The notes beneath the pieces were generated by a model, which worked only from the letters and a program-made list of their open reading frames with translations, did not search any database and was not told the DNA's origin. A DNA stretch of 63,531 bases, counting the filler. It is 6 parts of 6 records of this genome, joined end to end, with 100 filler letters (N's around TTAATTAATTAA, not from the genome) between each part and the next. Parts side by side here need not be neighbours in the genome. Positions count along the whole stretch, not along the records: positions 1 to 8,662 come from SRR31156797_14567; positions 8,763 to 15,695 come from SRR31156797_14568; 4 more parts are not named here. One strand, written 5' to 3'. Position 1 is the first letter of the stretch; each line of letters starts with the position of its first letter. Below, piece by piece: positions 1 to 10,064 of this stretch. The translations under genes were made by a program, and so were the position numbers.

Positions 1-822
1 AGCAAGAGCAGTTCCGACATTATTAACAACACAACCGACATCAAGAGGAAGTTTTCCTGATGGGACTTCTCTATTGACACTGGCTTTTATAAGCTGTTTT
101 TCAGCTCCCTGAGGATACTGGACCTTAAGAGCATGAATCTCAGTTCCTGGAAAATCAGTAGCAACCTTTTCCATTTTTTCGATAGCATCAGGTTTGTTTG
201 CCTCAATACCGACAACAGCTTTTTGAACATTAAGAGCCTTTTTCATGATCTCGATACCGACCATGATCTCTTCTGTTCTTTCAAGCATGACGCGATGGTC
301 TGCTGTAAGATAAGGTTCACATTCAACTGCATTTATAACAAGTGTATCAACTGTCTTTCCTTCCGGAACCATGTATTTGACATGACTTGGAAAACACGCA
401 CCGCCAAGGCCGACAACGCCACATTCCTTGATCCTTTCAACTATCTCTTTTGACTCAAGTTTGATCTCTCTAACAAGTTCTGTAGAAGTATCAACACTCT
501 GCGCCCAATCATCACCATCAACATCAATGATCACAGCCTTAGACTTGTAACCATTTGAATCCATTACAGAATCAACGTTAAAAACCTTTCCGCTGACAGA
601 TGAATGAATGTTTGCTGAAATAAAGTTCTCACCTTTGGCAATAAGTGTTCCTGCTTTAACCTCGTCGCCTTTTTTGACAACTGGAACAGCTGGAGCACCG
701 ATATGCTGACCAAGAGGAATGAATACTCTCTTGGGCAATCCCAGAGTCTCAATGGGACTCTTTGAAGCCATTTTATTTTCCGGTGGGTGAACACCGCCTA
801 TTTTAAAAGTCCTGAGTTTCAC
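1..822 (-). CDS. rnfC: Rnf electron transport complex subunit C (3' end runs off the window)
   Basis: Not in the ORF track. Read by hand from GTG at 822: MKLRTFKIGGVHPPENK..., with the same frame reading ...VVNNVGTALA at position 1. Has the RnfC N-terminal GGVHP motif and lies directly downstream of rnfB. Confidence 0.93.
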   Translation of the reverse strand, partial: MKLRTFKIGGVHPPENKMASKSPIETLGLPKRVFIPLGQHIGAPAVPVVKKGDEVKAGTLIAKGENFISANIHSSVSGKVFNVDSVMDSNGYKSKAVIIDVDGDDWAQSVDTSTELVREIKLESKEIVERIKECGVVGLGGACFPSHVKYMVPEGKTVDTLVINAVECEPYLTADHRVMLERTEEIMVGIEIMKKALNVQKAVVGIEANKPDAIEKMEKVATDFPGTEIHALKVQYPQGAEKQLIKASVNREVPSGKLPLDVGCVVNNVGTALA

Positions 823-833
823 AACACTCTCCA

Positions 834-1754
834 CTAATCAGTTTTTTCAACAACTTCTTCTTTTTTCTGCGGCTCCTCAACCTTTTCTACCGGTTTTTCA
901 ACAGGTTTCGGCTTTGGTTTGGGCATCTCAAAAGAAGCGGATATAGCTTTTGTCGGACAAACAGGAATACATTTTCCACAAGCAATACATTTTTTTGGAT
1001 CAATGTATGCAAGGAAGTTATCCAGTGTAATAGCCTGAATCTTTTCAGGACATACTTTGACACATTTTCCACATCCGATACATGCAGCTTTACAAACTTT
1101 CATGGCTGCTGCACCCTTATCGTGACTTGAACAGTTGATCCACACTCTGCGTTCTCTTCGCCCAACTGGCCTGATCTCCATAATGTTTCTAGGACAGGCT
1201 TTTACACATGCTCCACAAGAAACACATTTTTCCTTGACAACAACAGGGAGTCCTGTCTTTTCATCAATGTACATGGCATCAAAAGCACAACTTGTCACAC
1301 AGTCTCCAAGTCCCATACATCCATAAGGACAACCCTTTTCACCGGCAAATACTGAATGCGCAATAGCACAGTTAGCAGGGCCGTCAAAAACGAGTTTTCT
1401 TGGTGATTTCTCATGTGTTCCACCACATTTTACAACTGCAACTGTAGGCTCACTAGCCTCAACTTCCATTCCGAGAAATTTTGCAATCTCACCCATCGCT
1501 TCGTTACCGGCAGGAGGACAGTTAAGACCCGCAACAGAACCGGCATCAGCTCCCTTAACAAGTGCTTCTGCAAGACCTCTACAGCCAGGATAGCCGCAGC
1601 CGCCGCAATTCGCACCGGGGAGTAATTCTGAAACATCATCAATCCTGGGATCTTCTTCCACCCTGAATTTCTTTGCAATGACAAAAAGTATCATTGCTGA
1701 AATTGCGGCGATAGAACCAAGTGAGATCACCGAATAGAGAATAATTCCGTTCAC
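834..1754 (-). CDS. rnfB: Rnf complex subunit B (polyferredoxin)
   Basis: N-terminal TM helix, LPGANCGGCGYPGC FeS motif, several CxxCxxCxxxCP ferredoxin motifs, Lys/Pro/Glu-rich tail. Confidence 0.95.
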   Translation of the reverse strand: MNGIILYSVISLGSIAAISAMILFVIAKKFRVEEDPRIDDVSELLPGANCGGCGYPGCRGLAEALVKGADAGSVAGLNCPPAGNEAMGEIAKFLGMEVEASEPTVAVVKCGGTHEKSPRKLVFDGPANCAIAHSVFAGEKGCPYGCMGLGDCVTSCAFDAMYIDEKTGLPVVVKEKCVSCGACVKACPRNIMEIRPVGRRERRVWINCSSHDKGAAAMKVCKAACIGCGKCVKVCPEKIQAITLDNFLAYIDPKKCIACGKCIPVCPTKAISASFEMPKPKPKPVEKPVEKVEEPQKKEEVVEKTD

Positions 1755-1762
1755 AATTCACC

Positions 1763-2188
1763 TCATTCGCTGATATTAATCTTTCTGCAATTAAATATAA
1801 AACTCCTCCTGAAATACCCTTTCAGAAGGTAGATAGTAAAATAATAGGGAACAAGCACTCCAAGACCGCTAAAAGCCGCAACGATCTCTGACCCTGAAAA
1901 ATAGTTCACTGAGAATACTGTTACCATAAGCATGAAAAAAGGTATGAGAAAAGAAAAGACAACAGCTTTAAACCCAAGCTTCTCTTCCATCTCCACAACC
2001 ACCTTATCACCCACTTCAACTTTCTCGACAGGAATAGTCTCCACAACCTTTTCTGACATGTCGGCAGCTGAACAGATCCCGTTTGCGTGACACTTTGCAC
2101 AGGCACTCAAAACCATTATCTTAACCAGTGCATATTCCTCTTTGAAGTCGATAACGACTCCTTCATGTTTAATTTTGTTTTGTGACAT
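1763..2188 (-). CDS. rseC: RseC/MucC family (SoxR-reducing system) membrane protein
   Basis: IKHEG..V.I...SACAKCHANGIC motif plus two C-terminal TM helices, upstream of rnfB. Start placed at ATG 2188. Confidence 0.85.
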   Translation of the reverse strand: MSQNKIKHEGVVIDFKEEYALVKIMVLSACAKCHANGICSAADMSEKVVETIPVEKVEVGDKVVVEMEEKLGFKAVVFSFLIPFFMLMVTVFSVNYFSGSEIVAAFSGLGVLVPYYFTIYLLKGYFRRSFIFNCRKINISE

Positions 2189-2261
2189 ATTCCTAACGCC
2201 AATAAAAATCACATTTCTAATTACTATTTAGAATTTACTTTGTCAAATATATTGGGCTTAA

Positions 2262-3266
2262 TCAGTCTACTTTTTCAGTGCTGATAGAATGCACGTTATT
2301 TTTGATATTGATCATAATGTCTGCAGGTCGCACACCTTCTTTTTTATCATCAGAAAAAGTCACGAGTTCATTCTTAAGCTTCAGGACAGATTTAACGAAT
2401 ATTTTACGGTTCTTATCAAAGTATACAACTACTTCTTTGGAGCTTCTTAAGCTCACTTTAACGTTGTATCCTGCAAAGATGCCTTTTACGCCTTTTTTAT
2501 CAACAAGATTACTGCTTTTAAAAACTGCAACTTTCTTCCCGTTTAAAACTTCATCTTTTTCTCTTGAGAATTTGATCTTATATTCGATTGGGCCTTCGCT
2601 TACCTTAAAGCCACCAAGATTTGTCATATCCTTCTTTTCTGACCAAGTGTCGCCAACCTTAACTGCTTTTTCAGGGAAAATTATCTCTTTAAATCCTGAA
2701 CCGACGTGAAATGGTTCAGCTGAACCTCCGGATGGAGCACCTGAGCTGACATTTGTGATCGTTCCCATTGCATCCACTGTTAGTTCGGTTTCCACACCAG
2801 ATGAAGCTGCCATTTTTTCTAATGTCTTTTTTGCTGCTTCTTCAAATGCATTTAAGCTGTCACCGCTTTTTTCCTTAGCTTTTTCACCAAGAACTTTGAT
2901 CGCGCCATTTTCAAGTTTAAACGCTGCTGACAGTTCACTATCAGTTTGTTTCTGTGTTATCTTAAATTCAGCAGACTTGAGTGTTTCAGAAGATGAATAA
3001 ACTCCCGGAGTCTTCTTGTCTTTAAGGTTTTCAACTGAGTCAGCAACAATGCTTAGCGCGTTTGTAGAATTGATCGTAGTCTTTTTCATTTCATTGGCAT
3101 CAACTGCAACATTCATTGTCAAAGTCGCTGTCATATCCATATTTCTTTTTACTTCAGCTTTTAATGATCTTGTCAGATCCATTCTGAAGACATCGTCGTC
3201 TTTACAGCCAGCTAGAAACAAGCTGAAAAGGACAAACAAAACGGCAATTTTAAGATAATTTTTCAA
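2262..3266 (-). CDS. Hypothetical lipoprotein (beta-strand-rich)
   Basis: Lipobox LAGC after a hydrophobic signal; 334-aa ORF; no family recognised. Confidence 0.75.
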   Translation of the reverse strand: MKNYLKIAVLFVLFSLFLAGCKDDDVFRMDLTRSLKAEVKRNMDMTATLTMNVAVDANEMKKTTINSTNALSIVADSVENLKDKKTPGVYSSSETLKSAEFKITQKQTDSELSAAFKLENGAIKVLGEKAKEKSGDSLNAFEEAAKKTLEKMAASSGVETELTVDAMGTITNVSSGAPSGGSAEPFHVGSGFKEIIFPEKAVKVGDTWSEKKDMTNLGGFKVSEGPIEYKIKFSREKDEVLNGKKVAVFKSSNLVDKKGVKGIFAGYNVKVSLRSSKEVVVYFDKNRKIFVKSVLKLKNELVTFSDDKKEGVRPADIMINIKNNVHSISTEKVD

Positions 3267-3292
3267 ATTTAAACTCCAATATTGAATAAGGA

Positions 3293-5164
3293 TCAGTCAG
3301 TAACGACCGTGATAGTTTTTGTTCCGACAACAATGTCTCCCCAGAGTGCTGTGAGCGTCAACTCATTAAGTTCAACCCCTGTTGAAGATCCGTTATTTGA
3401 AAAGACGACTTTGTATGTAAGGTCTGTATGTCTTTCAACACCTATGAACTCTGCTCCTGACTTACTGTCAATCCCACTTGATGGTGATGCTGAAAAAGCT
3501 GTATAGTTGTCAATTAAGTTAAAAACATTTACCGGATTTGAAGCTCCCTGAGTTATATCAAGTTCAATGTCCATTACAGTATCATCGATCATGTTTTTAA
3601 CCATTGCTATCCATTCTGTATCCAGATCAGTTCCTGCATAAGGGATCGCCTTATAGAAAGCATCTCCGGAAGCATCGTATGAATCAGTTCCAAGGGCTAA
3701 ATAATCTGCATCTCCGGACATATATGCTGACTCTCCACCGGCATCAATTATTCCTATCTTTCCATTGATATCATTCAATGAATCTGCAACATCGTCAGCT
3801 GTTGTTTTGGAGCCACTGTCCCAGATCCAATCATCCATGGCAATTGCTTCATCAGATATTACAACAACTATCGGAAGAGAATTTTCTCTAAAACAGACTC
3901 CGCCTCTTTCTCCTGAAAAACAACTTGCAGCAGGAATATTTACTGTATCTACACCGCAAGCCTCACAGGATCTGATCTGTTGATATGTCCCTGTACCGGA
4001 AACAGCCTGATCGATCGCTGCTGTATGATATTCTGTTGCTCCTGTTGCCGTTACAGTCATTGAAGAAACTGATGAAACATAGTTACTTCTTATTTCATCA
4101 ATATTGTGAATAACACTGTATACTGTTGATTCTAAAGTTCCAAGTGTAGACATTCCAAATGCTGCATCAGGATAATCAGTAACTATAGCATTTGTCATGG
4201 TACTGACATTTGATTTAATAATACCGAGCTCCTCTGTAAGTGACCCTGATGTATCCATAATTGTAAGGACATCAATCTCTTCTATTGACGAGCTGAAAGT
4301 TACTGAATATGATTTTGAGCTATCTCCACTTCTAAGAAGGATATACGCATCTTTTTCAAAACAAGCTCCTTCATTTGACCATGAACCTCCTGAACAGCTC
4401 TGGATCTGATCTTTTGATGAATCATTTGTGCACTGGATCACTCTAACAGTATCGCTACACTGACCTGTGTTCTCTTCACATGTAACAGTATCCCAGCCAC
4501 TACAAGTTCCATTACAAACTGCTTTTCCACCTGAATAAAGTGAAGAACTGATATCAACACAGTCTTTAAGGTTGCCATCACAAACTTCAGGCCCTTCAAC
4601 TGTATTGTTTCCACACTCATGGAAGATCTCAACGCATGTTTCAAGTTCATATCCGTCACAATCTTTATTGCACTTCGCTTTACCGCTTTCATAAAGTGTT
4701 GCATCAATATTCACACAGTCTTCAACACCACCGTCACAGATCTCAGGACCTTCAGTAACATTGTCACCACATTCATAAGGAACTTCGTCGCAGGTAAGAG
4801 TTGAAAACCCGGAGCAATCATCCTTACAAAGTGCCTTTCCACCGGAATAAAGCTTTTCATCAATTTCTGTGCAGAGCTTTACATTTCCATCACACTCTTC
4901 ACCGCTTTCAACCTTATCATTACCACAAACAGCATCGACTGAATCAATGTCATTAACTGTTTCATCATTAACAGTATTGTCATCTTTATTTGTATCATCC
5001 GATGTCTCTTCATCTGAATCTGCATTTTGTTCCTTGTCACTATCTCCAACCTGTTCGGTGTCACTATCTGTCGCACTTTCGTTATCATTATTAATCTTAA
5101 CCTTGCTGTCACCACAAGCGGCAAAAATAAAAGCAACTGAAATAATAAGAAAAAATAATCTCAT
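3293..5164 (-). CDS. Lipoprotein with acidic linker, three Cys-rich repeats and a vWA domain
   Basis: Lipobox AAC; Asp-rich linker; three ~52-aa CG(N/D)..VEGxExCDG repeats; MIDAS-like DTSGS and VVISDE. Confidence 0.8.
   Translation of the reverse strand: MRLFFLIISVAFIFAACGDSKVKINNDNESATDSDTEQVGDSDKEQNADSDEETSDDTNKDDNTVNDETVNDIDSVDAVCGNDKVESGEECDGNVKLCTEIDEKLYSGGKALCKDDCSGFSTLTCDEVPYECGDNVTEGPEICDGGVEDCVNIDATLYESGKAKCNKDCDGYELETCVEIFHECGNNTVEGPEVCDGNLKDCVDISSSLYSGGKAVCNGTCSGWDTVTCEENTGQCSDTVRVIQCTNDSSKDQIQSCSGGSWSNEGACFEKDAYILLRSGDSSKSYSVTFSSSIEEIDVLTIMDTSGSLTEELGIIKSNVSTMTNAIVTDYPDAAFGMSTLGTLESTVYSVIHNIDEIRSNYVSSVSSMTVTATGATEYHTAAIDQAVSGTGTYQQIRSCEACGVDTVNIPAASCFSGERGGVCFRENSLPIVVVISDEAIAMDDWIWDSGSKTTADDVADSLNDINGKIGIIDAGGESAYMSGDADYLALGTDSYDASGDAFYKAIPYAGTDLDTEWIAMVKNMIDDTVMDIELDITQGASNPVNVFNLIDNYTAFSASPSSGIDSKSGAEFIGVERHTDLTYKVVFSNNGSSTGVELNELTLTALWGDIVVGTKTITVVTD
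4472..4927 (-). repeat. Three tandem ~52-aa Cys-rich coding repeats
   Basis: CGNDKVESGEECDG.., CGDNVTEGPEICDG.., CGNNTVEGPEVCDG.., each followed by LY(S/E)(G/S)GKAxC. Confidence 0.85.
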
Positions 5165-5303
5165 AAGTTAACTCCTCTAAAAATAATAGAACGCCACATT
5201 TTACTTGAATAGTTTTGAAAAACAAAGTTTTGATTTAAATGAATCTTGCTTTTTTAATCTTAATTCTGATAATTTAATGAACTCTTTCAGTGGAGCTATG
5301 ACC

Positions 5304-6344
5304 ATGATAAAAAACCTTTTATTAATTATCTTTGTTGTTTTAATCTCTTCCTGTTCGACGCCACCTAAAAACTATACTTCTAAAGACGGTGCAAAGCTTT
5401 TTACAGAACAGAAATACGAAGAGGCGGTTAAGGTTTTTAAGAAATTACTTGAGAAAGACCCCACTAATGCGAATGCAGCATACAACATTGCACTTTCTTA
5501 TATTGAACTAGGTAAAGAAGTGAAGGCATTAGAGTTTCTAATAAAGACAACTGATATAAACCCACTTTATTATTTTGCCTGGAATGATATTGCCATGATT
5601 CAATTCAACCGGATGAGATATAAAGAGTGTGTTAAAGCGGCAATCAAAGGTGGTGAAATCGCTCAAGATCTTTTAACAAAAGCATATAAAAAGTTAGAAG
5701 AACAGGACTTCCATTATAAGAACTACGCACAGATTAAAAACAAGCAGGCTATTCCCTCTCCTGGTTTTATAGATGAAGATGCTCATCTTTACCTCACCAT
5801 GTCTGTTAAGCCTGACGGTAAGGTGAATGAAGTTTATTATTGTAGCAAACAGAAAAAAGCATTGTGTGACTTCTACAAGCCAATATTTTCAAGACTTGAG
5901 TTTATTCCGGGCTATAATTTCTATTCGGACCAGCTTGAAAATTCTGTAGTAATTGCTTCCTTAAACATCAAAAAAAATGATAATCTTAAAGTTGAATTTA
6001 TCGCGAACGAAATATACGAAAGTAGCAACAGCAATCCAACAATGGGAGCTCTGGACAAGTCACAGATAGACAAATATATAAGAAGGGCCTTAGCAAAAAT
6101 AAGATGGTGTTACGAAAGAGAACTTAAGAATGACCCCACACTAAATGGACGAATAGTTATAAGTTTTACAATTGACGGATCAGGTAGTGTCATCTTATCT
6201 GAAACTCTTAAAACTACAATGAAAAATGAAACTGTTGAAACATGTCTTTCAAACCAAATTAAGAAGATAAAGTTCCCTGCACCCAAAGGTGGCGGAATCG
6301 TTATCGTGAATTATCCTTTTGTTTTTAGACACTCTGAAAATTAA
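5304..6344 (+). CDS. TPR + TonB-C-like + AgmX/PglI C-terminal domain lipoprotein
   Basis: Lipobox ISSC; TPR (AAYNIAL, AWNDIA); C-terminal GALD..I...I......IRWCYE.EL..DP.L.G....F.I...G.V...FPAPKGGGIVIVNYPFVF. Start chosen after GGAG. Confidence 0.82.
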   Translation: MIKNLLLIIFVVLISSCSTPPKNYTSKDGAKLFTEQKYEEAVKVFKKLLEKDPTNANAAYNIALSYIELGKEVKALEFLIKTTDINPLYYFAWNDIAMIQFNRMRYKECVKAAIKGGEIAQDLLTKAYKKLEEQDFHYKNYAQIKNKQAIPSPGFIDEDAHLYLTMSVKPDGKVNEVYYCSKQKKALCDFYKPIFSRLEFIPGYNFYSDQLENSVVIASLNIKKNDNLKVEFIANEIYESSNSNPTMGALDKSQIDKYIRRALAKIRWCYERELKNDPTLNGRIVISFTIDGSGSVILSETLKTTMKNETVETCLSNQIKKIKFPAPKGGGIVIVNYPFVFRHSEN

Positions 6345-6358
6345 GGTGGAGTAAATAA

Positions 6359-7084
6359 ATGAAAATACTATTAACCACAATCCTTTCAACGATTTTAATT
6401 CTATCATCCTGCTCCTCAACTCAGGCAAAAAACTATGTTATAATAAAATCTATACCCTCACTGACAGTTCCTGACTTTAAAGAAGAAAAAGTGAAAGACG
6501 TTTCTTTTGTTGCCAGCATTGATAGTCATGGAAAAGTAAAAGATATTTCAACATGCAATCCAAAAAAGAAGTTATGTGAATATTACAAAGAAAAAGTTAG
6601 ACAAATTACTTTCAAGCCGGCTTACGACCCGCAAAAAAAAGAGTTTTTAGATTCTTTCACCTACATCGTTATTTTATTTGACGATCAAAATTCGCCAGAA
6701 TTATTAAATTTTCCTTATAAGATTGGTACAGTTGAAGGAGTCAATTCAATAGGTTTGAGAAATGGGGATTTAAATCCAAAAAAGATTTCAGAAGTAATAA
6801 AAAAGAAAGCTCCTGAATTTAAAAAATGCTACAACAAAGCATTAGAAACAAATCAGAATTTAAGTGGTAACATTTTTCTAAATTTAATAATTGGAAAAAC
6901 TGGAGACGTCCTAATCTCAAGAGTGTCCAGATCAGGAATTAAAGACTTGAAAACACAAAAATGTTTTGAAGAGGCCGGCCTTAAGATGAAATTCCCCGAA
7001 CTTAAAAATGGAGATTTTATTTCGATTGGACTTCCATTTATCCTCAATACAAAAGACAAAAAATCAAAAGGAACAAATAAATGA
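6359..7084 (+). CDS. TonB-C-like + AgmX/PglI domain lipoprotein (no TPR)
   Basis: Lipobox LSSC; paralogous to its neighbours (FKKCYNKALETNQNLSG...KFP..K.G....PFIL). Confidence 0.78.
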   Translation: MKILLTTILSTILILSSCSSTQAKNYVIIKSIPSLTVPDFKEEKVKDVSFVASIDSHGKVKDISTCNPKKKLCEYYKEKVRQITFKPAYDPQKKEFLDSFTYIVILFDDQNSPELLNFPYKIGTVEGVNSIGLRNGDLNPKKISEVIKKKAPEFKKCYNKALETNQNLSGNIFLNLIIGKTGDVLISRVSRSGIKDLKTQKCFEEAGLKMKFPELKNGDFISIGLPFILNTKDKKSKGTNK

Positions 7085-8124
7085 AAAAATTACTGATTCT
7101 CATCCTTTCACTTTTACTCATCTCATCCTGCTCCTCACAACAAGCAAAGAGCAGTTTTGAAGAAGGCATTACATGGTTTAAGCAGGAAAATTTTAAGTCT
7201 GCGGCACAGAATTTCACGGTTGCTCTGACAAAAGATCCTAAATATGCTGACGCTGCCTACAATGCAGGGATTTCCTTTCTAAAACTCAATGATAAAAACA
7301 ACGCGCTTTTCTACTTTAAAAAAACTGTTGAAATCTCGCCTTTTCACATTGATGCGTGGTATAACATCGCAGTTATCAGATACAATATGGATCAGTATAA
7401 AAAAGCTGTGATTGCAGCTTTCAATGCTCTGGACAAGGGAAAAGATCTGCTTGATAAATCTTATAAAATGCTTGAGTCTCAGGGTTTTATTTACCGTGAT
7501 TATGCCCAGTTAAAGACTCAGCCTGAACTAACAATCTCGGAGTTTCAAAAAGATGATCTCAAGGATCTTTCATTCATTCTGAATGTTGATGATAATGGAA
7601 AAGTTAAAGGAGTCTCCAACTGCTCCCAGAAAGATGAGAAACTCTGCAAATTCTATGAAGATCAGCTTAAAAACCTTGAGTTCATTCCTGCCTATGATTT
7701 TGAGAGAGAAGTCATGATCGACACAGGAGCTATTGCCTATCTTTTTTTTAAGAACAGCTCTATAAAAACGAAAATCATAACGCACAAAATAGAACTGAAA
7801 CATAATGGATTTGCAGTAATAATAGGAGCTCTGGATCGAAAATCAATTGATAAAATTATTAAAAACAACTCCACGGCTTATCTTAAGTGCTACAATGACC
7901 AACTAAAAAAAGATCCAGTCATAGACGGAAAAATGGTCGTTAACTTTGTAATTTCCAAACATGGAATCGTTATGGCATCAAAAATTAATAGAACAACAAT
8001 AGATAACACTGAAATGCAAAAATGTATTGTAGCCGTCACAAAAAATCTGACTTTCCCAAAACCTAAAGGTGGTGGAATTGTGATCGTCAATTATCCTTTT
8101 GTTTTTAGGCATGCAGAAGAATAG
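7081..8124 (+). CDS. TPR + TonB-C-like + AgmX/PglI domain lipoprotein
   Basis: Lipobox ISSC; TPR; C-terminus FPKPKGGGIVIVNYPFVFRH nearly identical to 5304-6344. Confidence 0.82.
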   Translation: MKKLLILILSLLLISSCSSQQAKSSFEEGITWFKQENFKSAAQNFTVALTKDPKYADAAYNAGISFLKLNDKNNALFYFKKTVEISPFHIDAWYNIAVIRYNMDQYKKAVIAAFNALDKGKDLLDKSYKMLESQGFIYRDYAQLKTQPELTISEFQKDDLKDLSFILNVDDNGKVKGVSNCSQKDEKLCKFYEDQLKNLEFIPAYDFEREVMIDTGAIAYLFFKNSSIKTKIITHKIELKHNGFAVIIGALDRKSIDKIIKNNSTAYLKCYNDQLKKDPVIDGKMVVNFVISKHGIVMASKINRTTIDNTEMQKCIVAVTKNLTFPKPKGGGIVIVNYPFVFRHAEE

Positions 8125-8195
8125 CCTTGCATTTATTCACACAACTGTTATCATAACATCATGATTTAGCTCTACAATTTGTCTGGAGGCAAAAA

Positions 8196-8662
8196 ATGAA
8201 AAACGTAATTTTAACAATCCTTGCCCTCTTTCTATTCATGGGAACAGGCTGCAAAGATGATTCAAAGAAAACTGAGGATGGTGACCTTGATCAAACTCAG
8301 AAAACTGACAATGAAATAAGTGACGAAACCACTGATGATAGTGCAGATACTGGAAATACAGGTGACACAGGCGATACGGGTAATACCGGAAACACTGGTG
8401 ACACGGGAAACACAGGAGACACTGGCAATACAGGTGACGAAGATGTTTCAGACATTGATGAAGTGCCTGATGAAGATACAGCTGTTGTCAAAAAGTTCAT
8501 TGCGGGTTTCGAAGTTGCAACTGAAGCTGCTTTCCGCTCAATTCCTGTTGAAAAGATCAATGCAGCAAAGGAAAAACTTCATATCGCCTATTTCCATTCT
8601 TCTCACGGTAGTCGTGTGATAACTGGAATGGAAGGTCTTAAAAATTACAAAACAGGTGATGA
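8196..8662 (+). CDS. Lipoprotein with (D/N)TG repeats (truncated at contig end)
   Basis: Lipobox GTGC; repeat linker; start of a globular domain LHIAYFHSSHGS. Confidence 0.75.
8346..8435 (+). repeat. Ten (D/N)TG tripeptide coding repeats (9-bp unit)
   Basis: DTGNTGDTGDTGNTGNTGDTGNTGDTGNTG with synonymous codon variation. Confidence 0.9.
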
Positions 8663-8762
8663 NNNNNNNNNNNNNNNNNNNNNNNNNNNNNNNNNNNNNN
8701 NNNNNNTTAATTAATTAANNNNNNNNNNNNNNNNNNNNNNNNNNNNNNNNNNNNNNNNNNNN
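8663..8762. other. Artificial contig spacer
   Basis: 44 N + TTAATTAATTAA + 44 N. Confidence 0.99.
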
Positions 8763-9263
8763 GCATTATTCATTCATCCCCTGAATTTGAATAATAGAAT
8801 AATTTCTTTTTAGTTTTAAAGGCAAGTTAGAATTGAGTAATTATATATTTTTATTTTGTGGTCTCAATAGGCTATGTAACTCATAGATCATGAAACTGGA
8901 ATTAGAGATATTTACTACCTTCTCTGATACTTAGAGGTGTAATTCATGCTGCTCTATAAAATCCTTAACTCACTTACTATCAGTATTCGAATTTCCCAAC
9001 AACATTCGAAGAGAGCATCTTATGAATAACATAACCTGTTCCATCCTGAAAAGTCTGGCGAAACCAGAACACTTCAAAAGATGAATGAGATAATTTATTA
9101 ATTTCACTATTTTTCTGCATACAGTTAACTAAAAACCTCGATCTTTTCCATAAGATTGATAGTCTGCAAAATCCCAGACATGCATGATCATATGAGCAAT
9201 TCACATGAGGATTTCTATAGAGCTCACAAAAAACCTAATACTTAACAAAACGTTCAGGATTAA

Positions 9264-10064
9264 ATGAAAGAAAATGAATTTTCACATCTTAAAAATTGGT
9301 TTCATAATTATGTCAGTTCATTCTACACAGATGATGACTTTATTCAGCAGAATGTGATCCTAAAAGAAGAACATAGTATCAATGTCTATGAAAATGCTTC
9401 TCTGATAGCAGAAGCTGAAAAACTGAGTGATGAGGATATTTACCTTGCAGAAACAATTGCTCTTTTTCATGATATAGGTCGTTTTGAGCAGATAAGAAAG
9501 TACAGGACATTCAAGGACTCAGACTCAGAGAACCACGCACATCTTGGAGTAAAGATACTAAAAAAAGAGGGAGTATTTTCAGGGTTGCCAGTTAAGGATC
9601 AAAATATCATCCTTACAGCAATAGGGTGCCATAATATGCATATTCTCCCGGATATGCCTGACAAAAAAACCTGGATTCATTCCCTTATTGTGAGGGATGC
9701 AGACAAACTGGATATCTATAAGGTTATTACAGATTATTTTTCTATAAAAGCAGAATATCCAAATCCTGCACTGGATCTGGACATGCCGGATACACCTGAA
9801 TACTCCAGAGAACTCGTAGATGATCTGTTTCATAATAAGGTTGCAAGTATGAAAGATATCAGGAATTGTAACGACATGAATTTAAATCGCCTGGCATGGA
9901 TATTCGATATTAATTTTGTTAAGACTATGCGACTTATCCGAAAGAGAGCTTACATTGGAAAAATAATTGAAACATTACCTCAGAGTCAGGAAATTGCAGA
10001 GCTTCATGATCATCTTAAAAATTATATGGATACATTTCTGGAGGGAACTAACAATGGACCCTAA
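9264..10064 (+). CDS. HD-domain phosphohydrolase
   Basis: KEEHS..., ALFHDIGRFEQ, ENHA, CHN, RDADKLD motifs. Confidence 0.88.
   Translation: MKENEFSHLKNWFHNYVSSFYTDDDFIQQNVILKEEHSINVYENASLIAEAEKLSDEDIYLAETIALFHDIGRFEQIRKYRTFKDSDSENHAHLGVKILKKEGVFSGLPVKDQNIILTAIGCHNMHILPDMPDKKTWIHSLIVRDADKLDIYKVITDYFSIKAEYPNPALDLDMPDTPEYSRELVDDLFHNKVASMKDIRNCNDMNLNRLAWIFDINFVKTMRLIRKRAYIGKIIETLPQSQEIAELHDHLKNYMDTFLEGTNNGP

Noticed and set aside
8346-8435. (D/N)TG repeats as collagen or a contingency VNTR
   Set aside because: There are only ten Pro-free triplets with diverged synonymous codons, consistent with an ordinary lipoprotein linker.
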